This document shows, piece after piece, positions 12,502-20,044 of a stretch of 20,044 nt of DNA; position 1 is the first letter of the stretch, and the number at the start of each line of letters is the position of its first letter. Source of the stretch: Malacoraja senta (lineage: Eukaryota). Made by a program: the position numbers and the translations under genes. The notes beneath the pieces are model-generated. The model did not search any database. It was not told the DNA's origin and saw nothing but the letters and a program-made list of their open reading frames with translations. The stretch lies in the NCBI GenBank assembly GCA_038087875.1, contig JAXLNO010000259.1:248001-268044 (forward strand). The letters are read 5' to 3'.

Positions 12502-12691
12502 TGTTGATTTGTAGTCCTTATAATAACAATGGCCTTACACCATGTCAGGTTATATAGAGTGTATTGGTTACAAGCACTACAACTTCTCACTTAGTTCAAT
12601 TTAAGACTAACGGAATGCAGCAGACCGCGACGCGAACAAGGTAGTGGGCGTAACTACAAATGCAAGACATAGCATGATCCACGAATCTACA
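12502..12691 (-). repeat. 3' LTR (190 bp)
   Basis: On the minus strand it starts TGTAGATT directly after the PPT and ends AATCAACA (TG...CA, 7/8 inverted termini). Its end aligns with 16842-16883. Confidence 0.75.
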
Positions 12692-12701
12692 TCCTCCTCT
12701 T
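12692..12701 (-). other. Polypurine tract (PPT)
   Basis: Minus-strand AAGAGGAGGA immediately precedes the TG of the LTR. Confidence 0.75.
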
Positions 12702-13026
12702 AAAGAATCAATAACGATGTATATCCATAACTAAGCAAAGCAAATATCACAACCGATGACAGACTGGTGGAAAGTGAAACATAGTCCGGATACATCACCA
12801 CCGGCCTGCAAACACGACCGGTACGTGTACGATAGAGGCCATCTCCATTATTTTTCTCTGGGGAAAGAGCAAGCGATGTCACCGCCGTGGGGGAGTGGAC
12901 AAACGTCCCTGGAGTCGAAGCAGGAGAATGTGGCGCACGCGAAGATGGAACAGACAGAGGAACTGTCGCAGGCATGGATTGTTGTACTGGCAAGAGCATG
13001 CGGGGATCACTAGATGCAGATTGAAA

Positions 13027-13352
13027 TTAAGTTGTACGATCCGGATAATAAGGAGGAGTGATTGACTCGTTCACAGGCAGAATATGTTGTCTGGTGCGTC
13101 GGTAGGTGCCGCCATCGGCACTTACAATGTACCAGCGTGGCTCCGAAGCGGGACCAGACACTACCCCAATACGGCCAAGGCCTTTGTCAGTCTGTAAGAG
13201 GACCTCCTGTCCTTTGGTCAATGGTGGCAGTGGCTTACTCGTCTTGTCGAACCATATCTTTTGAACGTCACGCTTTTGTTGCAACCTGGATTGAACCTCC
13301 TTTGGCGGAAACACATGTGGGGTTAATGTTTGCTCCGCTACGGGCAGCGTGG
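13027..13352 (-). pseudogene. Gypsy integrase C-terminal region
   Basis: TLPVAEQTLTP...QKIWFDKTSKPLPPLTKGQEVLLQ...PRWYIVSADGGTYRRTRQHIL, a Mag-type integrase C-terminus. Confidence 0.8.
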
Positions 13353-13734
13353 AGCAGGAGAGAGAAGAGGGGGCGAGAGAGGAGGAGCGAGAAGGGAGAA
13401 AGAGAAGGGAGAGAGAGAGAGAAGGGAAAGAGGGAAGGCGGGAGAGAGAAGGGGGAGACGGGAGCGTGGGGTTCATTTTCCCACTCGCCATAAGTGACTG
13501 GGCAATCTGAACCCAAGCACCAAGTTGAAAGCGGCCGAATGTGTGCATTCCTCGGAACAGCCGCCATTCTCCCACGGCCACCCTCCGTGCGCTGCGGGTC
13601 GGGTGGAGTGGAGGTTTGGGACAATGTTCATGCCTTCACAGTGATGTGATCGACGCGGGGGTCTGGACAAATCGCTGACAAGTCCCGCCCCCGACAACGT
13701 CATGTCCGTTATTGGACTTTTCTGTTGAGCGGCA

Positions 13735-14010
13735 GTCGGTCCTTAGGATTGTTGGCGACGCCGCTTTTCGGGTAGGTGGCGTTTTGACAGAACGGCCATT
13801 CGGTAAGTTTGCTTTTCGGCGTCGGACGTTTTCGGTTCGTTGGCTTTTAGGCGTTCCGCCCTTTCGGTTAGTTTGCACTTAGGCGTCCCGTCCTTTCGGT
13901 TAGTAGGCGTTTCGTCTTCGGACTCTTTCGGTTTGTTGGCGTTTCGCCCTCGTTTCCATTCGGTTCTTTGGCTTCGACTTCTTTGCTTCGGCTTCTTGTC
14001 TGTCGGCGCC
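13735..14010. repeat. 32-bp-period repeat array, probable subterminal array of a DNA transposon end
   Basis: TTCGGTTnGTTGGC-like 14-mers start at 13767, 13799, 13831, 13863, 13895, 13927 and 13959 (a weaker one at 13735). 14-bp-spaced copies follow at 13973 and 13987, ending in TGTCGGCGCC. Confidence 0.8.
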
Positions 14011-14014
14011 ACGT

Positions 14015-16764
14015 CTGGGTATCATCTGGCCAGCCGTGCTTAATGACAGACGTTAGCGACCGTAAGGGTCTTGTCGTTGGCAGTGTGGGCAACCAGGTCC
14101 TCCATCCAAGATGAAGGGATGAAGGATACAGTCATCACGATAAAGTCATCATCCTGCGAGGGACGATCCTCGTAGGTCGTCCGAGATGCATGTGAAAGAG
14201 TGTCCGCCATTCCACGTTTGTAGGTCAGGACGATGTCATATTTTTGAAGTTGTAGTAACATCCGTTGTGGGCGCGCTGGAAAGTTATGAATACGTTTATT
14301 GAAAATGCTGATAAGAGGTTGGTGGTCGGTTTTAATTGTAAGAGTGCGAACAAGGATGAAATCGTTGAACTTTTTGCAGGTGAACACAACCGCAAACAGC
14401 TCTTCTTCGATTTGGGAGAATCTTTGTTCTGTGGCAGACATGATGCACGAGGCATAGGCGACAGGTTTATTGCCATGGCCATCATTCTGAAGTCATGCAG
14501 CGCGCAGCCCGTGTTGTGAGGCGGCACATGGCACATGGCAGTAATAGGCAGTGTAGGATCAAAGTACGCTAGAGTAGGTGTGGCCGACATCTGCCGTTTG
14601 AGAGTGTCAAATGCTGTCTGTTGTTGCTGATGCCAGGTCTAAGCAGAGTCGTTGTGTGTGAGATGTCGCAATGGGGCTGATATTTTACTGAAATCTGGAA
14701 CAAATTTGCTCAAATAGTTGGCCATGCCAAGGGACCACTGTAAACTGAGCACACCACTGTGGGTGCTGGGAAGCTCATTAATTGCCCTGGTTTTCGCTGG
14801 ATCCGTTTTAGGCCGTCTATGGTAAATATATGGCCTAAGTATTTTACCTCATTCACTCTGAATATGCATTATTTTGGATTTAGCTTGAGATGGATGGCCT
14901 CTGCACGCCTCCATACTTTTGTCAGATTGGCATCGTGCGCCTTGGCCGTTTTCCCAGCAATGAGGATATCGTCCACTACGATGGAGCATGGGTATCCTGC
15001 AAACTATTGTTCCATGGATTGTTGAAATACTTCACTGGCAGAACTTATACCAAAAGGCATCCTCAGAAATGTATGACGTCCGAACGGAGTACTGAATGTT
15101 GTCAACTTGGAGGAGTTATGTTCCAGTGGAATCTACCAGAATGAGCTCTTGGCATCTTGCACTGTGAATATGGTTGCTTCAGCCATCTGCGCCGCAATCT
15201 TGTCCACAGAGCACATAGGATCACGCGCCGTTTAATTTCTGTATTTAAGTCCTTGGGGTTGATACAGATCCGTATCTCATCTCTGTTGTTCTTATAAGCG
15301 ACAACCATTGTGGAGACCCAGTCCGAGGGGTCATTTACGGAAGTAATCACACCCAGTCAACATTCTGTTAAGTTCACTTTGAACGCGATCCCGCATAGCG
15401 CGGGGAATCTTGTGAGCCGGACGAACAACTGGGATTGCCTCAGGGTCAATAGTAATCGTGGATCTAACAGGCAGCTTGCCCAACTTATCACTAAACAAAT
15501 CCTGGTATTGTGTTAGAATTTGATGTGTAAAATCATAGTCTGTGGACAATGGACAGAGAAGGGCCGAAAGAAACCAAACCCATGACTAGGCATGCATCGG
15601 CACCCAGTATGGATGGTACCTTCTCGCGTACCACGTAGAATTCCAGGATGTGGTCACGTGAGTTGAGACAGCAACGCAACTCTACTTGGCCGATAGGGTG
15701 TAGTCGCGAACCATCAAACGAGACAAGTGATGCAGTTGTATGAGTTAAAGTTTCTGTGTTTTTCAGCATCTGTAAGACAGCCAAAGAGATTACATTGCAG
15801 CGCGCCCCCGTCGACCTTGAGATAAAGGGTTCTGCCATTAATAAGCAATGCAACCTTGGGATCTAGCCGGTTGTGCACTGAATTAGACAAAGCATTTACA
15901 TCAATCTCTGCACTATCGCCATCTGTTTGTATATCCATGGGAACTAGGTGTGCGAATTCGGAGCTTGAATATTCATTTTGGCTTGGCGAGTTGACAGACT
16001 GTTTCATTTGAAATCTGTCACTGCGCGAACGACAGCATTTTACGAAATTGTTTATTTTATTGCACAATCGACAGTTTTCCATACGCAGGGCACCGGTCGC
16101 GAACTGCAATATGCGAACCCCCATAGTTAAAACAATTAGCGATCAATCTTAGGTTATTAGCTGGCTCCTGTGACAAGCGAGTAGGAGTTCGATAAGACAA
16201 GCTGGCCGCATTAACTTCACGAGCAGCAGAGTGTCCAAAAGATTGAATGTGAGCATTAGTCAGTTCATCTATACGACAGCGGTTTCCAACAGCCGCTAAA
16301 GTCAGGTCAACTTCCTGCAGTAATTCATCGCCTAATTCATCATTTAATATGCCATGGATTAAGCGGTCCCGTACAAGACTACATTGAATCTCTCTGAAAT
16401 CGCATCGACTAGCGACATGCTTCAGCGCATTAACATGTGGTTCAACTGGTTCTCCGTGTTTTTGACACATTGAAAAAAATTATGGCGTTCCATGCTTACA
16501 TTAATTTGTAACTCACATAATTGTCAGAATTTACGTAGGAGACATTCAGGATCACGACGAGACTCCGCAGCAATTTGATTACCGTTAGTATCAACTCTAG
16601 CCAGTCACTGCCAAATTGAGAAGAATTAATGCACGAAGAGCAGGATCAGCAGCAGGAAATGCAGCCTCAACGTAGATTGAAAAACCCTCTTCAAGCACAC
16701 GCCATCGCTCTGCAAGATCTGCATCGAACACCAAGATCCCTGGCTTCCTGAGAGCAGAATCCAT
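14015..16764 (-). pseudogene. Gypsy gag-pol (gag, protease, RT, RNase H), many stops and frameshifts
   Basis: gag MDSALRKPGILVFDADLAERWR (ATG 16764), LVRDRLIHGI, Cys/His knuckles (CFNYGGSH...CPAYGK; CRLCNKINNF.KCC). PR LKVD[T]GARCNVI (~15800-15820). RT WVSTMVV...IRICINPKDLN and YPCSIVVDDILI (VVDD at 14968-14979). RNase H TEQRFSQIEEEL...KTDHQPL, then GWP at ~14025. Confidence 0.92.
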
Positions 16765-16828
16765 TATCCACAGTAGAAAAATAACAAACCAAGACAAAAC
16801 AAATAGAGTCAATTGAGGAGTGTCCGTA

Positions 16829-16841
16829 CACTCTGACACCA
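16829..16841 (-). other. Primer binding site, likely tRNA-Leu(CAA)
   Basis: Minus-strand TGGTGTCAGAGTG directly follows the CA of the LTR end. It matches the complement of the tRNA-Leu(CAA) 3' end (TGGTGTCAGAAGTG) with one gap. Confidence 0.75.
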
Positions 16842-16885
16842 TGTCGATTGATGTATTTATAATAAGAGTACCCTTACACCATGAT
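16842..16885 (-). repeat. 5' LTR remnant
   Basis: TGTCGATT...TTATAATAA...CCTTACACCATG aligns with 12502-12544 (TGTTGATT...TTATAATAA...CCTTACACCATG). Clear similarity is lost beyond ~16885. Confidence 0.65.
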
Positions 16886-16909
16886 AAGGATTTAAAGGAT
16901 AAGTACATG

Positions 16910-17346
16910 AAGGGCGAGGGGGTGACGGGGAGGGAGAGAGAGATACGTGGAGGTGAGGGAGGAAGAGGTGTGGGAGAGAGAGGGGCAGGGAAGGGACGGG
17001 AGAGAGCGACGGGTAGGGTAAGATAAAGATGGGGAGGGAGGGGGGAGCGACTGGAACAGAGAGAGAGATGGAGAGAGAGGGAGAGATACAGTGAGACAGT
17101 GAGATAGCGAGAGAGACGGGGAAGGGGGGGAGACAGAGAGTCTGGGAGGGGAGGGAGGAGAGATAGGCGGGAGGGAGAGAGATAGAGACGGGGAGGAAGA
17201 GAGAATGAGACGGAGAGAGAGTGATGCGGAGAGAGGAGGGAGAGAGATGTGGAGGGAGAGAAAGACGGGAGTGGAGGAGAGAGGTAGACTGGGAGGGAAG
17301 GGAGAGATAGTGAGAGGGACGGCAAAGGGAGGGAGGCGGGTGGAGG

Positions 17347-17412
<66 letters not shown>

Positions 17413-18078
17413 GTGGAGGAGAGGACGACAGAGAGACGGGGAGGGGAGGGAGAGATAGGCGGGGAGAGAGAGACAGGTAGAGGAGGCAGAGCGAAACAGG
17501 TAGGTAATGGAGGGAAACGGGGAGGCAGAGAGAGATGGTACGGAGAGAGAGAGAGAGAGATGTGGTGAGGGAGAAAGACGGGGTGGGAGAGAGAGGGACG
17601 GGAGAGAAGGGAGAGAGCGATGGGTAGGGAGAGAGATAGAGATGGGTGGGGGAGGGAGATGGGTGGGGAGAGAGAGACGCTGAGGAAAGAGGCACGGGGG
17701 TGGATATAGATAGGGGCAAGAAAGAATGAGCCGGGGAGGGAGAGAGAGAGACGGGGAGAGGGATAGAAAGAGACGGTTGGGCGAGGTACTGAGAGATGGG
17801 GAGGGGAGGGGGAGAGAGCGAGAAGGGGAGAGAGCGGGATTGACAGCGAGAGACGGACAGAGAGCGGGAGAGAGAGAGGGAGAGAGAGAGAGAGAGGGAG
17901 AGAGAGATACAGAGAGAGCGAGAGAAAGAGCGAGAGTTAGACAGTGAGGAAGGGAGAGAGATGTGGAGGGAGAGCGAGGGATGAGGACGGAGAGAGACGG
18001 TGAGGGAGATGGAGAGAGAGATGGGGAGAGAGAGGGAGAACGAGAGAGAGGGGGAGAAAGAGAGAGAGAGAGAGAGAG

Positions 18079-18157
<79 letters not shown>
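16910..18157 (+). repeat. Purine-rich (GA/GGA) low-complexity region with (GA)n tracts
   Basis: Read directly. Near-perfect (GA)n at ~17349-17411 and ~18059-18157. Confidence 0.93.
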
Positions 18158-18160
<3 letters not shown>

Positions 18161-20044
18161 CATCCTGGCGGGGAGATTTGCAAAGGCTACTGGGGAGACT
18201 TTAAACTAGAACGGTTGGGGGGAGGGACTCAAATAGAGAAAGATGGTAGAAAATGTGGGAGGCTGGAGGCAGAGAAGGGAAGCACTCAGACCCAAAATGT
18301 AGGGGAGAAAGAAGAAAAAGATAATAAACAGAGAATAAGTGGTGGTGGGTTTCTTAAAAGTGTATATTTAAATGCTAGGAGTATTGTAAGAAAGGTGGAT
18401 GAGTTTAGAGTCTGGATTGACACCTGGAAGTATGATGTTGTGGCGATCAGTGAAACATGGTTGCAGGAGGGCTGTGATTGGAAACTAATTATTCCAGGAT
18501 TTCGTTGCTTCCTTGCTTGTCAAGGAAGATAATTACAGCAGTGCTTTGGCAGGATAGATTAGAGGGCTCGTCTAGGGAGGTTATTTGGCTGGAGCTGAGA
18601 AATGGGAAAGGTGTAGCAATACTTATAGGGGTGTATTATAGACCGCCAAATGGGGAGCGAGAATTGGAAGAGCAAATATGTAAGGAGATAGCACATATTA
18701 GTAGGAAGCACAAGGTAGTGATTGTGGGCGATTTCAATGTTCCACACATAGACTGGGAAACACATTCTGTAAAAGGGCTGGATGGTTTGGAGTTTGTAAA
18801 ATGTGTGCAGGATAGTTTTTTGCAGCAATACATAGAGGTGCCTACTAGAGAAGGGGCAGTGCTGGACCTCCTGTAAGGAAATGAGACCAGGCCCGTGGCG
18901 GAGGTAAGCGTTGGGGAGCACTTCGGGTCCAGTGATCACAATATCATTAGTTTCAATATAATTATGGAGAGGGTCAGAACTGGACCTAGGGTTGAGATTT
19001 TTGATTGGAGAAAGGCTAACTTTGAGGAGATGCGAAAGGATTTAAAAGGAGTGAATTGGGACATGTTGTTTTATGGGAAGGATGTAGAAGAGAAATGGAG
19101 GACATTTAAAGGTGAAATTTTAAGAGTACAGAATCTTTATGTACCTGTTCGGTTGAAAGGAAATAGTAAAAATTGCAAAGAGCCATGGTTTTCAAGGGAA
19201 ATTGGACACGGTTCGGAAAAAGAGAGAGATCTACAATAATTATAGGCAGCATGGAGTAAATGAGGTGCTTGAGGAGTATAAAGAATGTAAAAAGAATATT
19301 AAGAAATAAATTAGAAAAGCTAAAAGAAGATATGAGGTTGCTTTGGCAAATAAGGTGAAAGTAAATCCAAAGGGTTTCTACAGCTATATTAATAGCAAAA
19401 GGATAACAAGGAATAAAATTGGTCCATTAGAGAGTCAGAGTGGACAGCTATCTGCAGAGCCAAAAGAGATGGGGGAGATATTGAACAATTTCTTTTCTTC
19501 GGTATTTACGAAGGAGAAGGATATGGAATTATGTGAGGTAAGGGAAACAAGCAGAGTAGCAATGCAAACTGTGAGATTCAAAGAAGAGGAGGTGCGGACA
19601 CTTTTGAAAAATATGAAAACGGATAAGTCTCCAGGTCCCGACAGGATATTCCCTAGGACATTGAGGGAAGTTAGTGTAGAAATAGCAGGGGTTATGACAG
19701 AAATATTTCAAATGTCATTAGGAACGGGAATAGTGCCGGAGGATTGGCGTACTGCGCATGTTGTTCCGTTGTTTAAAAAGGGTTCGAAGAGTAAACCTAG
19801 CAATTATAGACCTGTTAGTTTGACGTCAGTGGTGGGAAAATTAATGGAAAGGATACTTAAAGATAATATATATAAGCATCTGGATAAGCAGGGTCTGATT
19901 AGGAAAAGTCAACAAGGATTTGTGCCTGGAAGGTCATGTTTGACTAATCTTCTAGAATTTTTCGAAGAGGTTACTAGGGAAATTGATTAGGGTAAAGCAG
20001 TGGATGTTGTTTATATGGACTTCAGTAAGGCCTTTGACAAGGTT
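18158..20044 (+). mobile_element. CR1 LINE, 5'-truncated (ORF1 tail + ORF2 APE endonuclease and start of RT), continues beyond window
   Basis: ORF1 end ILAGRFAKATGETLN* (to 18209). ORF2 motifs YLNARSI, YDVVAISETWL, GVYYRPP, VGDFN, SDHN, KSPGPD, VVPLFKKG, NYRPVSLTSVVGKLME, SCLTNLLEFFE, DFSKAFDKV. Stops at 18874-18876 and 19988-19990, several frameshifts, and a deletion near 18512 that removes the GGGV motif. Confidence 0.95.

Larger units (their letters stand above)
12502..16885 (-). mobile_element. Ty3/Gypsy LTR retrotransposon (Mag-like), degenerate; integrase core missing, 5' LTR mostly lost
   Basis: Order on the minus strand is LTR remnant, PBS, gag, PR, RT, RNase H, [foreign DNA], integrase C-terminus, PPT, LTR. 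Confidence 0.92.

Noticed and set aside
13735..14010. CRISPR array interpretation of the repeat/linker pattern
   Set aside because: Repeats are only 14 bp and degenerate, linkers are 18 bp and resemble each other, there are no cas genes, and the context is vertebrate.
16892..18163. 423-aa minus-strand ORF
   Set aside because: Translation of CT-rich low-complexity DNA with no domain.

Overview
This is a eukaryotic, gene-free, transposon-dense window, most likely from a cartilaginous fish (skate/ray-type V-SINE and CR1 ends). I see no intact host gene and no CRISPR array. From left to right it contains: (1) the 3' part of a DIRS-like tyrosine-recombinase retrotransposon with its ICR/terminal inverted repeat, inserted into a minus-strand L1 ORF2; (2) a degenerate composite tandem repeat (3410-6918) of (GA)n, CR1 scraps, V-SINE heads and two decayed hammerhead-like motifs, interrupted by an RTE-X-like 3' end; (3) a CpG-rich (AGTTCG)n satellite carrying four (GAAT)n + ~78-bp cores, interrupted by a Crack/L2-like and a Rex1/Babar LINE; (4) a minus-strand Mag-like Ty3/Gypsy element whose integrase core is replaced by foreign DNA containing an exactly 32-bp-phased repeat array; (5) purine-rich low-complexity DNA; (6) a plus-strand CR1 LINE running off the end. 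All coding remnants are pseudogenised. Family names come from motif recognition, not database searches.
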